Shown in pieces: positions 34,501 to 44,000 of a stretch of DNA of 64,000 nt. Position 1 is the first letter of the stretch; every line of letters begins with the position of its first letter. The stretch comes from a virus. A program made the translations under genes and the position numbers. The stretch covers positions 16,786 to 80,785 of the IMG/VR virus record IMGVR_UViG_3300010389_000006; one strand, given 5' to 3'. The notes beneath the pieces were generated by a model. The model saw only the letters and a list, made by a program, of their open reading frames with translations, ran no database searches and was not told the DNA's origin.

Positions 34501-37500
34501 CCACTCGGACCAGGACAAAAGTTAACAGGAAATAATCTATCAGAACTCTCTGATTATTCTGGAACTATTTTCTACGGAAGATATTTTGCTTTCAAGGACA
34601 ATCAGTATAACACAAGATATTTCAAAAAACTCAGAAATATTTTCCAGAGAAATGGAAGATGGTTAGATTCTGCAAATCAGATTGAAAGAAACAGAACTTT
34701 CATTGTTGAAGAGACAATCGGTTATGGTAGAGAGAAGTATCCATCTCTTGATTGGAGTACAAAGCAAGATGATTATGAGAGAGATCTAGGTTATGTTCTA
34801 GATGCATATGAGCATGATATTAGATTTGGCGGTAACGTCAAGACTGTTGATTATATCAATTTGTTTGGTGATGACTCAGATTATGATTATATTACAAAGA
34901 ATAAAACAGAGTCTCTAGGTATTATAAAGTATGCTACAAACTTAGCAAATCTTGCTATCAGAAATTGGGACATTGTTGAAAGTGGTGTAAGCTACATTCA
35001 AGGTTCTAGACAGATGACTGTCTCTGATACTAACAGACTTGCAGTTGGTATGCATGTAAGTTCTGGTAGAGCATATCCAGAAGAAACTAAGATTGTTTCT
35101 ATTGACAGTGATACACAAATCACACTTTCAAGAGCAGCACTTGCAAACTCAGGTGGTGGCGGTGGTGCTCCACAAGGAACAACATCTTATAGTGGAACTA
35201 GTGGTGGTGATATTGCATCTCCAACAAACACTGTTGCCATTGAACCTGGAGATACCTTTGCTGTAGAACCTGGAGATACCTTCACTGCTTCAATTTCTTT
35301 CTCTGGAAATGATGTTGCTACATTCTTCTTCAGTGGTATTAATAGTGGAACATTCTATGATGCTGCTAATTTGATTGCTGGTAATAAACTCTATCTACAA
35401 GAAGAGATTAGCGAATACATTTATGATACTTACACTCTTCCCCAAGGTGACAAAGCAAAGTGCTACAGAGATCTTGGATATTTGATTGATGCTATTGTCT
35501 ATCACCTCAAACTTGGCGGTAATCAACAGGTTGTGGAATTTGCTCGTTTGTACTATACAAACACTGGATATCCTTATGGAGAAGAATTAACATATATCAA
35601 CAGATCTGCAGAAGAAACCACTGCTGCAATTGATGCTTGGGAAAAACTAGGCGAGAAGATGATTCTTGCTATGAGAAATACTCTTGGAGCAGGAACTTAT
35701 ACATCTATTACTCCATATACAGATCTTAGTATTTCTCCAGATTCTCAAGTTCCAGAGTGTGCTGAAGTAGCATCTGCAATTAATTCATTTGTTGACATTG
35801 TTAAGGATATTATTGCAAATGGAACAGGAGCGGTTGATACTGTTAGCATCAATGCCAGTAAACCTGGAAACTGGACAGATACAAAACCATACACAGATTA
35901 TAACCTAATTCCAGATACAGATCTTCCTTACAATGGTGAGTGTGATGATGTTGTATCTTCTATCAATTCACTTTATGACAATGTATCTGATATCCTCAAT
36001 AATTCATCTGCGGTAAGAACTCTGCCCGATTATGTTGATGGTGAGAACAAAATCTTTGAGATGTATTGGGAAGATGGTAGTGAAGTTAATACTGAAGAGG
36101 ATGAAGATCTCTTCTTGACTATCAATGCTGTACTACAACGTCCAAAGTATAACGCAGATTATCCTGGTGAAGATTCTTACTACATTGATAGAACTACAAT
36201 TCCAAACAAATTAGTATTTGATGTCGCTCCTATCTGGGATCAAGATTTTGGTGCTAAGAGCATTGGTGAACCAACTGCGGTTGAAAAAGTTGTTGGTATT
36301 GGCGTTGGTAACTATAAGAGATTAACAATTGATAAGAATTTGGTTGATGGTTCTAGGACTGGTCCATTCCTGATTCTTGATGTAGAAGACGGCACTGTAC
36401 AAAGTATTGAAGACAAAGAGTTCTTATATGTCTTCCTAGATGGCGTCCTGCAGAGAGAAGGATATAGTTATACAATTTCTGGTCCAAACATTTACTTCAA
36501 TGTTCCTATTAAAAAGGAAATGAAGATTGATATGAGATATCTCTATGGTAGAGATGTCGGACAGATCCTCAATCTCTATGATTTTGCACCAGATCAGTTC
36601 TATGCAAAAGCATCTGTTGTTTTAGATGTTTCTTCTGGACTATCAAATTTAGTTTCATATACTTGGATGGGAGACAAAATTGGAACTCCAATTCATGCTT
36701 GGCAAGTTAGACCAAATGGAACAAAAAATATTCTTGGACAAGTATCAAATATTACTCCATATAATTCTACATCACAGGTAGCATTTGGTGTATTTGGATT
36801 TAAGTGCGATTTAGATACATCATTACCTCTCACATTTGCGTCTTCAGCAGATTACTCTAAGACTGTATCTATTGATATTTCTGACTATACTATTATATAC
36901 GAAACTGATGAGTTTGGAAGAACTATTCTATCAGATAATAGTCAAATTTGGTCTGGATCTTACTTAAGAAAAACATATAGAAATCCATTCTTAAGTCTTT
37001 CCAATGGAGACAACATTAGAGTTGAAGGTGAAGATAAGTTTAGAAGAATTAAGACTCTTCCAAGCAGAACAACAAGTAAGGAACAAAGACTACAAGAACA
37101 AGTATCAAACTCGTTGTTTGGTTCTGTTGATGTGGAAAGATACAATGGCATCACACGAGGTGAAGGTCTTAGTGTTGTTGCGATTATTGAAAATGGATCA
37201 GTAGTTAGACTTGAGTGGAACCAGCGTAGTTATGAACCACTTACACAACCAACAGCATATCAATACTATACTCCACCTGTACTTCACTTCATTCCTCTAG
37301 ATGGAAATGGTGGTGGTGCAAGAGCGAACGTTCTTGTAAGTAAAGGTCAGGTAATTAGTGTTGACTTAATTGATGGTGGTTCTGGATATACAGAAGCTCC
37401 AAAAGTAGAAGTTGCGAGAAGATATGATGTTCTTTCTGATAGAGACATTGGTGTTTCCTTAATTAATGTCTCTGTCAATCCTGTAGTAGAAATGCAAGGA

Positions 37501-39048
37501 TTGATCTCTCAATCAACTGTTGATGTTATTACTTTACCACCACCATTAGCATTTACATCTACTGCTGTTGTAGTTGATAGTCCAAAGAGAGTTGATATTG
37601 ATCTGGAAGCAGAGATTCAACTTCTTCGTGAAGTTAGTGAAAATCTTGCTGGATCTACTTCAGAAATTCGTTCTAGCAGACCAAATCCAGACAAGTTTGC
37701 TATTATTGATATGTTCACTGCAACAAATCAATATCTATCTCAAGTTTCTGGTCGCGTTGATAACATTATTTCTAGCTCTGTTGTAACTGCTAATAGGCAG
37801 ATTACTAGCACTGTACATAATATCATTCAAAATACTTCGCTATCTAACATTAACTACTATGAAGTTGGCGCGTTCCTTGAAGTTGATGCAGATGTAGCAG
37901 ATACTATTATCTACATTTCCGATACATCCAAGTTTAAGACAAATGGATTCTTACTAATTGGTGATGAAGTTGTACGCTACATGCGTAAACTTTCTGATAG
38001 ATTCTTAATGGTCCAGAGGGGTCAAGAAGGAACTACAGCGAAGTTCTGGCCAGCTGGAACATTTATTCGTCAGATTCCTGATCCAGTATCTGTTGCTCCT
38101 GGTGGTATTATCTCTATTGAGTCTGAGGCAAGTGTTTCTATCGTTGGTGCCGCCGCAGGTCTTGATGGTAGAACTGGTCAGGATAGAATCAGATATGAGC
38201 AGATTGAAACTCCCGATGTAACTCTAACAACAACTTCTAGAGAAATCATTGCAGAGATTCAACCCGAGTTGAATGTAGAATCTGTATCCACTATTAGTTC
38301 AAAAGTATTCTATAGACTCGAAGTTCCATTTAATATAACTCCAGTAGCTACTGTTAAAGAAGTAGAAATTGCTCAAATTAAATGTGAAATTCAAACTGTA
38401 CAAACAGAATTTAATATCAGAAAAGAAGCACTTGAAGTTGTACTAATTCCACCTCCATCTGGTGTTGTTGATGGATATCAAGAAAGTGCATTTATTTCAG
38501 ATCCAATTAAAACTAGATTAAATGGATTCGTAGATCTCTTAGATGATTATGGAGTTGTACAAAGAAATGGTAATGTAATTTACGTAAGAAATTCCGTTTT
38601 TGGAACTGGTTCGGAATATATTGGTCAATACACAAAGACTAATGCTGGTCATACAATTAGTCATTTTAATGGAATTTTTGATACTGGAGTTTGTAATGTT
38701 TCTGGTGTGTCATTCCTAGAAATAGATCTACATTTCTCTTCTTTGACACTTAGAGATTTTGAGTTGAGAGGAAATTCAAGTTATACTCTGAATGGAGATA
38801 AATTTACTCTGATGCCTCCATCAATTCAAAATCCTGTTGCTATTAGCTCTTCTTCTGGAACAATAGGAGGTCCAATTGTTGTACAAGATACAACATACTT
38901 CCCAGATGAAGGTTATCTCTTCACCAGTGGCGGTACTGTTGTACAATACACAAGCAAGACTACCACAACATTTGAAGGATGTACATTGTATAGTGGACCA
39001 GATTCTATCAGCAATGGTGATGAATTAGTTCCATTCTCAATTGTCTAA
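28507..39048 (+). CDS. gp7: Giant baseplate wedge initiator gp7 (3513 aa)
   Basis: RISTLIESQLPEFI; LIKNINKFYKAKGT; FYQDYSYVVKS...W...K...HPAG; lies between gp6 and gp8. Also contains a YHYH-like segment (SPILGFAYDGNPIYGP...LDENNGRF) and phycobiliprotein-like helical domains. Confidence 0.85.
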   Translation: MAAVKTKRISTLIESQLPEFIATEYELFAKFVQKYYEAQEVQGGTLDIISNIQKYADIDFYEKNLLKQNDTLAVSISDTDTTIVVNDASSFPAKNGYIRINDEIIFYSNRTDTEFLNCSRGVSGNTTLGDLYTESNFTSTEATSHNANVKVYNVSNLFLYAFVKNFESQYLGSFPEKYLRGEVDKRTLIKNINKFYKAKGTDSSIKFIFNTIVSQDVTNKPEVYKPKDFTYKVSKSDWVNVYALKVKVISGDPTDLIGKQIVQPETEEYGYVSATVDNARAEGTFDGEKIWNIVLAPETVTGEFAISTKTRLEKNISQADSVGKRINVFSTIGWGKTGEVLIGEETIKFDDKNVTQFTISKRGNITYNHEAGASVYKPVVISGSNVKLLTLGVVYNFEINDSHPYSAVDDTIEISNPGFESADPKIVNTGSNQTRWILNRNLPINAPTVPYVGTQLGQTSTDVSAIFADDQYYYITSSGYPSYKILDGSDVSQTVEDQKLLRIIRRLATRTTEKYKTPKTEVGILLNGVRLYGYKDTDSIRYGTLEQIVPDRQGSGYVKPPFVLLDGAPNKARAVLSGSVVERYIVDTNNIFPRTPVVEVTSGRGASVRAVVTGDKITSLVVENPGEYYSSPPIVRITDSNGKGRFAEYNAIVDTDGKLVDFEKIAEGNFYDQRTVKVDIIAVGNGAIGTPLLKEWNFNRYEKLKTVLDTENGYLFPNYNITFENGYGQVANPKALRVALNDNLSAAGLEPSTKTHSPILGFAYDGNPIYGPFAHQNPLDSQSPIVRMTSSYVRNSSRSGGPSVSDYPLGTFTNDYTYKHKNGSLDENNGRFCITPEFPEGVYAYFLTIDSNQVPQYPYILGENFYSLPVDSNYNSDINQNDIPKASKRLFTLGMQGNGSGVFAKINEVKPGTVDNITIENSSSNFSVNSKVYFDNKGTNGSEAEALVNSVKGKPVSYIDSYENKVVKLTTIQNAYLFTDDILRQPSSNASGQIVGNVRNDNEIVLKNVVGTFDNTGTFSADIKTFFILLDQDSSYSEGAILSLTDGINPTVAKGEVLNGTSNQNVVEIKVVPLNPEDDPQDWDLGDWFQFNQGEYFLQSNNFFNTSGTRPVTLTSLSDNLEPFEVNQSVALVETLGNHGLGIDDKVDITILPSDSTKTKTYYLRKRLYQNVVFKAPKYSSTISDTGVGRFQILNGGADYAPGTYTNVPFTGGSGTGATAIITVSDAGVVSSISIQDKGTGYRKADYLGIDDESLSRSVASQSTQRLTLYVDHVGFAAGSTRLNVSSANGLAEGDTVLIGEEVIEIASISGNTLTVLRGREGTVDKDHYDKQPVDIYKPKLNFVDNFQLGAGNSAYIASYNPSTQEATLVYDYQVELNTAVSVTISTSFFDSSVPSRLVAIQSLEPIAYKFEFSEDNVNFTPNPNIDIQELYRYVFDTSHPSLTGTYFDLSPSKNFNLITGEKLASNTLPGNAGAFTEVKFGFGSRIAANDYSTERGTDFTNFYYFDKNGIVNAEGSFLKIVKDPLQGEKRVIYVTPNRFVYNVSSEPLWDGSGDISYTTTGQFAIGEIKDFKITNLGLNYKKVPIITGVAPTQNYRASATVLFDLESKLITSVEVNERGSNYSNPKVVITDGDGIDAKFNVVLRGGEIFSITVANPGSGYTYAPTIEIVESDVEAYVDSNTIGIPQSVSIIRNGGAFHLDKTVASNFTSKYTLALLSPEGRFRKGETVVQKVGATEVMRAKVAEWRQGTNLLKLESVTGIVRQNLEVQGLISKSTGTVKAIYATTFKEKITSFFDNIGYYSSDRGKLGVSNQKITDSFFYQDYSYVVKSKTPIDQWRELIKSTTHPAGFKLFGQVDIETDAPVEMPAEAPKASHFTVIQLWDPNKNKITVENTRRTITQTVQKIENQRIKKGVGSAATSEFNFNESRAFTVTLSAPFDGYFDNDGRLQGTTTFQLLNDGALFSPASAKNLVITLNGVLQEPEVAYTVSGDTITFAAPPLGPGQKLTGNNLSELSDYSGTIFYGRYFAFKDNQYNTRYFKKLRNIFQRNGRWLDSANQIERNRTFIVEETIGYGREKYPSLDWSTKQDDYERDLGYVLDAYEHDIRFGGNVKTVDYINLFGDDSDYDYITKNKTESLGIIKYATNLANLAIRNWDIVESGVSYIQGSRQMTVSDTNRLAVGMHVSSGRAYPEETKIVSIDSDTQITLSRAALANSGGGGGAPQGTTSYSGTSGGDIASPTNTVAIEPGDTFAVEPGDTFTASISFSGNDVATFFFSGINSGTFYDAANLIAGNKLYLQEEISEYIYDTYTLPQGDKAKCYRDLGYLIDAIVYHLKLGGNQQVVEFARLYYTNTGYPYGEELTYINRSAEETTAAIDAWEKLGEKMILAMRNTLGAGTYTSITPYTDLSISPDSQVPECAEVASAINSFVDIVKDIIANGTGAVDTVSINASKPGNWTDTKPYTDYNLIPDTDLPYNGECDDVVSSINSLYDNVSDILNNSSAVRTLPDYVDGENKIFEMYWEDGSEVNTEEDEDLFLTINAVLQRPKYNADYPGEDSYYIDRTTIPNKLVFDVAPIWDQDFGAKSIGEPTAVEKVVGIGVGNYKRLTIDKNLVDGSRTGPFLILDVEDGTVQSIEDKEFLYVFLDGVLQREGYSYTISGPNIYFNVPIKKEMKIDMRYLYGRDVGQILNLYDFAPDQFYAKASVVLDVSSGLSNLVSYTWMGDKIGTPIHAWQVRPNGTKNILGQVSNITPYNSTSQVAFGVFGFKCDLDTSLPLTFASSADYSKTVSIDISDYTIIYETDEFGRTILSDNSQIWSGSYLRKTYRNPFLSLSNGDNIRVEGEDKFRRIKTLPSRTTSKEQRLQEQVSNSLFGSVDVERYNGITRGEGLSVVAIIENGSVVRLEWNQRSYEPLTQPTAYQYYTPPVLHFIPLDGNGGGARANVLVSKGQVISVDLIDGGSGYTEAPKVEVARRYDVLSDRDIGVSLINVSVNPVVEMQGLISQSTVDVITLPPPLAFTSTAVVVDSPKRVDIDLEAEIQLLREVSENLAGSTSEIRSSRPNPDKFAIIDMFTATNQYLSQVSGRVDNIISSSVVTANRQITSTVHNIIQNTSLSNINYYEVGAFLEVDADVADTIIYISDTSKFKTNGFLLIGDEVVRYMRKLSDRFLMVQRGQEGTTAKFWPAGTFIRQIPDPVSVAPGGIISIESEASVSIVGAAAGLDGRTGQDRIRYEQIETPDVTLTTTSREIIAEIQPELNVESVSTISSKVFYRLEVPFNITPVATVKEVEIAQIKCEIQTVQTEFNIRKEALEVVLIPPPSGVVDGYQESAFISDPIKTRLNGFVDLLDDYGVVQRNGNVIYVRNSVFGTGSEYIGQYTKTNAGHTISHFNGIFDTGVCNVSGVSFLEIDLHFSSLTLRDFELRGNSSYTLNGDKFTLMPPSIQNPVAISSSSGTIGGPIVVQDTTYFPDEGYLFTSGGTVVQYTSKTTTTFEGCTLYSGPDSISNGDELVPFSIV

Positions 39049-39055
39049 ATAACTG

Positions 39056-39069
39056 CATAAATATAAATA
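39056..39069 (+). promoter_or_regulatory. Tandem T4-type late promoters
   Basis: CATAAATA 39056-39063 overlapping TATAAATA 39062-39069; CTAAATA also at 39045-39051. Confidence 0.75.
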
Positions 39070-39101
39070 ACTCAGGCACAACACTACGTCGGAAAAAACC
39101 A

Positions 39102-40949
39102 ATGGCTGCTATTATCTCTGATAAGTTTAGAATTTTTAATGCGAAGCAATTCCTGGAATCGCTTACTGAGGGTGCTACCGATGATAGCCCCGAAAAAACT
39201 AGAATGTATTTCTTTGTGGGTCGCCCACAACCATGGAGAGCATACTTAGAAGTATACTCCAAATCTTCAACCAACTTCACTGTTGGCAATGAAGTTTATA
39301 TTGGAACATATGGAACAACAGCGTTCCGTGCCACTGTTGCTGCTGTTTATGATAGTGCCCTTCTTCTAACCGACGTTTTTGGCAGCAACGGTGTCAACTC
39401 CGCTCCTCCTCTTGGTAGCACCCTAAAAGAGACTGCAGACGGTGGTTCTACCGATACTCTTGCTACAGCAACGACTGGTGTTTATCGCTACGCTACCGAG
39501 GACGTTCCACCCCTCCCTCTAGATAATCAGAGAGAAAAAATTGCACTATATGATGAAATCATCGCTGCTAAGCGTATTTCCGATGCTTTTGCAAGAACAG
39601 TAATTCGTCGTTATAACTGGAACTTGGTTGCTAACCCCAAGTTTGACATGTGGAAGCCTGACTACTCTGCTACTCCTGGTGGCGGTGGTCAAATTGGTAA
39701 GCAAACCGCAACTGGTGCAGACAGCATCTCTGATGCTAAGTTCTATGTAATGAACAGCAACTACGAAGTATTCAAGTGCCTCTACAACGGTGAAGGTCCT
39801 GGAAATCCAACTGGTGTAGATGCTGTTGAAGAACCAACCACTTCAGGTGGTAACTACGACGCTGGAACTGGTCTTTACACCGAGACTACAAATGTAAATG
39901 GTAATTACATTTGGAAGTACATGTACACCATTCCAACCGATGATGTTCTGAAGTTCCTATCTTCTGACTTCATGCCAATCGTTCTTCCTGCTAACCCATC
40001 ACGTACAACTGTTGTTGGACAAGCAGTTGCTGGAGCAATTGACGTTGTTCTAATTGAAGACGCTGGTAGCGGTCTTCCTGCAAACAGAGGTGTTGGCAAC
40101 GAACTCTATGCTGGTATCAAGGGAGATGGTGCTGGTGGTGTTGTTAAGATGACTACCGATGGTAGTGGTTCAATCCTAACTGCTGAAGTTGAAGTTCGCG
40201 GTTCTGGATACACCTATGCTAATGTTCTTCTCGGCAACGGCAATCTGTTCACCGATCCTGGTCTAGCACCTGGCGATGCAATTGCAACTCCTGGTGGTTG
40301 GAGTGGTGCTCTAGAAGCAATCCTACCTCCTCAGGGCGGTCATGGTTCAGATCACGAAACCGAACTCAACGGTAAGCGTGTTATGACAAACATCCGTCTA
40401 ACATATGATGAAGGTTCAGGCGACTTCCCCGTTGACAACGACTTCCGTAGAATCGGTATTATCAAGGACCCATATGCATGGGGAACTACCGATTTCCTAC
40501 TTTCAGACACAGTTTCTGGTCTAAGAGCACTCAAGCTTCAAGGATCACAAGCAGATTACATCCCTGATGAGACAATCACTCAGTCTGTAACTGGTGGTAC
40601 TGCTTATGGTACTGTTGTTTCTTGGGTACTAGATTCTGGTTCTACTACAGACGGTGTTCTCAAGTACATCCAAACCAACGATGCACACACCGATCAGGGT
40701 GTTGTAAGAGCATTTGAAAGCACTGGTGCTACAGTTGCTGGTGGTCAGTCTGGTGGAGACGGAACTGTACTTACTACCTACAACACTGGTGGTGCTGTTC
40801 TTCCTCTCCTAGGTCATTCATTCACTAATGGTCTTTCAAATCCAGAGATTGAGAACAACTCTGGCGATGTAATCTACATTGAGAACCGTCGTCTAATCAC
40901 CCGTGCTCCTGACCAGATTGAAGACATCAAACTTGTAATTGAATTCTGA
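39102..40949 (+). CDS. gp8: Baseplate wedge subunit gp8
   Basis: MAAIISDKFRIFNAKQF; MYFFVGRPQPW; FYVMNSNYEVFKCLYN; YIWKYMYTI; FRRIGIIKDP; IYIENRRLITRAPDQIEDIKLVIEF. Confidence 0.92.
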   Translation: MAAIISDKFRIFNAKQFLESLTEGATDDSPEKTRMYFFVGRPQPWRAYLEVYSKSSTNFTVGNEVYIGTYGTTAFRATVAAVYDSALLLTDVFGSNGVNSAPPLGSTLKETADGGSTDTLATATTGVYRYATEDVPPLPLDNQREKIALYDEIIAAKRISDAFARTVIRRYNWNLVANPKFDMWKPDYSATPGGGGQIGKQTATGADSISDAKFYVMNSNYEVFKCLYNGEGPGNPTGVDAVEEPTTSGGNYDAGTGLYTETTNVNGNYIWKYMYTIPTDDVLKFLSSDFMPIVLPANPSRTTVVGQAVAGAIDVVLIEDAGSGLPANRGVGNELYAGIKGDGAGGVVKMTTDGSGSILTAEVEVRGSGYTYANVLLGNGNLFTDPGLAPGDAIATPGGWSGALEAILPPQGGHGSDHETELNGKRVMTNIRLTYDEGSGDFPVDNDFRRIGIIKDPYAWGTTDFLLSDTVSGLRALKLQGSQADYIPDETITQSVTGGTAYGTVVSWVLDSGSTTDGVLKYIQTNDAHTDQGVVRAFESTGATVAGGQSGGDGTVLTTYNTGGAVLPLLGHSFTNGLSNPEIENNSGDVIYIENRRLITRAPDQIEDIKLVIEF

Positions 40950-40966
40950 TTTATCAGACTTCTAAG

Positions 40967-40996
40967 AATCCCCCGAGAGATCGGGGGATTTTTTTT
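40967..40996 (+). terminator. Rho-independent terminator
   Basis: AATCCCCCGA-GAGA-TCGGGGGATT followed by TTTTTT, directly after gp8. Confidence 0.9.
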
Positions 40997-41002
40997 ATCC
41001 TT

Positions 41003-41010
41003 ACTAAATA
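41003..41010 (+). promoter_or_regulatory. T4-type late promoter
   Basis: ACTAAATA between the terminator and ATG 41045. Confidence 0.6.
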
Positions 41011-41044
41011 CTAGGGACTAGATACTAGTATTTGGCGGAGTACG

Positions 41045-44000
41045 ATGCCTCAGAAGACGAACCTAAATGTAAATCCTTATTACGAGGACTTTGACGCGAG
41101 TAAGAATTTTTATAAAATTCTATTCCGTCCTGGATACTCCATTCAAGGTAGAGAATTAACACAAGTTCAGTCAATCCTCCAAAACCAGATTGAGAGTTTT
41201 GGTAGATATGCATTTAAGCAAGGAGAACTTGTAATTCCTGGAGAGGTTGGTTTAAATACCAAACTAGATTATGTAAAGTTATCTTCTGTATCTGAAGTTG
41301 CAGTAAACGATGGAAACGATATCGTTTATAAGAAATATGATATTACTCAACTAGTAGGTCAACAACTAAGAGGTTTAACTTCTGGTGTTATTGCTAATGT
41401 TCTAGCAGCAAATCTGTCAACCGAGGCAACGGCAGATACTCTATACGTTAGCTATATCAATAGTGGTAATTCTAATACAGAGTCCACATTCAGACAAGGC
41501 GAGACTTTAGAAGTTATTGATGGTGTAAACACTCCATTAATGGTTGTTGGAACAGATGGTAGTGTATTACCTACCAGTATCAATGTAACTAACCCAGATA
41601 CTGGAGATACTACATCACTAGAAAGTCCTGCAATGGGATACGCTTCTGCTGTTAAGGTAGAAGAAGGTATCTATTTTGTCAATGGATATTTTGTTCGCAA
41701 TGAAGCAGCTCTGCTCGTCATTGATGAATACTATGATAAACCATCTGCAAAAGTTGGTTTTACCATTAAGGAAGAAATTATTAGTCCAGAAGAAGATTCA
41801 AGTCTATACGATAATGCAATTGGATCTTCTAACTACACCGCACCTGGAGCACATAGACTAAAAATTAGTCTTGAATTAAAAGAGTTTGCTCTAGATGCAA
41901 TTACAGATAAGAATTTTATTCAACTTATCACTGTCAAAAGAGGTCAAGTACAGAGAAAGGTAACTGCCGCTGACTATTCACTCATTGAGCAAACACTTGC
42001 AAGAAGAACATTTGACGAGAGTGGTGATTATGTTGTAGATGATTTTGCAATTGATATCAGAGAGTTTGCACAGAAGGATAGCAATCGCGGTATCTACTCT
42101 GCTGATGAATTTGGTCTTTATAATGGATATACTGCTGGCGAAGCTGCCAGAAAAATGGTTGCCAGTGTTGGTCCTGGTAAGGCATATATCAAAGGATATG
42201 AAATTGTCAATAAGGAAACTAAGTATCTTGAGATTAACAAAGCAAGAGAAAGTCTCACCAGCGACAATGTAACTCTCAAAACAAGAGGACTACCTACATT
42301 CAGTATTACTAATACCTACGGTAGTGTTCCTCTCAACAAAGAAGGTTCACAATTAACAGCATATCCAACTCTATATCTCTCATCTTTGTTCAATGATGGA
42401 TATGTTGGTCTTAACAATACAGAGGCAAGCAACAACTATCGTCAAACAATTACAAGAAGAGGTCAGTTCTTAGATTCTAATAAAGGTGTTAGAACGATCA
42501 CTCTTGAGGTAGTTGATGTCAATATTCCAATTGCATCAATTGTTGCATCAGATTTGACAGATACATTCAACAAACTATGGTATGTCAAGACAAGAGCAGG
42601 CACGAACGTAGTTGATTACGTTGATGTTCTATCATATAGTAAAGTATTCAAACCAGCAAAGAATCCTGGTACTACTGAAGAGTCCAGATTCCTAGAAGTA
42701 ACAGTAACTGGATTGAAGAGCGACCTTGAAAACATTTTCATTGAGTACGACGAAGGATCTGAAGAAGGTAAAAAGAGAAAGCTCTTCCTAACAGAAGCAG
42801 ATGCTAGAGGAGATGAGAAAGAAGATCTTTCATCAACTGTATTTGCTAACATCATTGATTATAGCGAGACAATTACTCCAGTAATCGGTACTGCAAAACC
42901 AAGCAACTTCTTCCTACAGGAAAGAGGAACTGGATTCAACTCTGACTCGGACATCGTTCTTTCTAAAGGTGTTGAAGCAGACGGAACCCAGTCTTACAAT
43001 GCTGTATTCGGTCTCTCATATTTTGATCCTCAATTCTTCACCAAGATCAAACTAGAAACTCAACCACCTTCACAATCATATGGTGTTGGTACATATGTTT
43101 ATGGTTTGACCAGTGGAGCATACGGTGTTGTTGAGGGCGGTCCATCTGGAGTCTATTCAACAGGAAGAATCTTGTTTGTGAAGACTCTTTCTGGAAAGTT
43201 TGCACCAGGAGAGACACTCAAAGATGAGGGTGGAAACCTAGTCAAGATTGCTCAGGAGAACACAATTTCTCACTTTGTTGTTCAAGAAAGAGGTTTGGGA
43301 TATCCAACAACCTCAACAATTAAGATTGATGGTGTTTCATTTGATCAAGGTAAGATTGAATTGGGATTCTTAGGTCAGGGAATCTATAGAGTAGATATTC
43401 TTGACAGAACTGCGGTATCTAATACTTACTCCAGACCACCAGTAGTATCAATTGATGCGGGAGAAGCAACTCCAACTACTGCTGCGGTAATCATTCCTGT
43501 TCTCAACAGAAACACTGTTATTACATACACACCTCAAAATGTTAAGTCCATTGGAACTTCATATGGTTCAGGTGGAGCAAATACTTTCACAGCAGATATC
43601 CTAGTTGATGACAGAAATTATGCTGATCTATACGATGTAACCGACTTTACTTTCTTCGGAAAGAAAGGAACTAAGTTCCTTGAGTCTACTAGCTTCAGTG
43701 CAGATGCAAGTTCCGTAGTTCAACAGGGAGATCTAATTCAATTCTCTGATGATTCTAATAATGTTATTAGAGCGGTTGTACAATATGCAACAATTCAGAA
43801 AGGATCATCAAAAACAAGAATCTATCTAGACGAAACTCTATATGATGATGTTGCTAGCACAAGCGTAGTAAGATTCCGTCCTGTAATTCAGAATGCAAAC
43901 TCAGGAACTTTACTATTCCCAACTGGAAGCAGATCTGTACAAAGTGTATCCGCTGGTCCAGATGATAGCAAGATTGTATACTATTTCCGTAGAGACTTTG

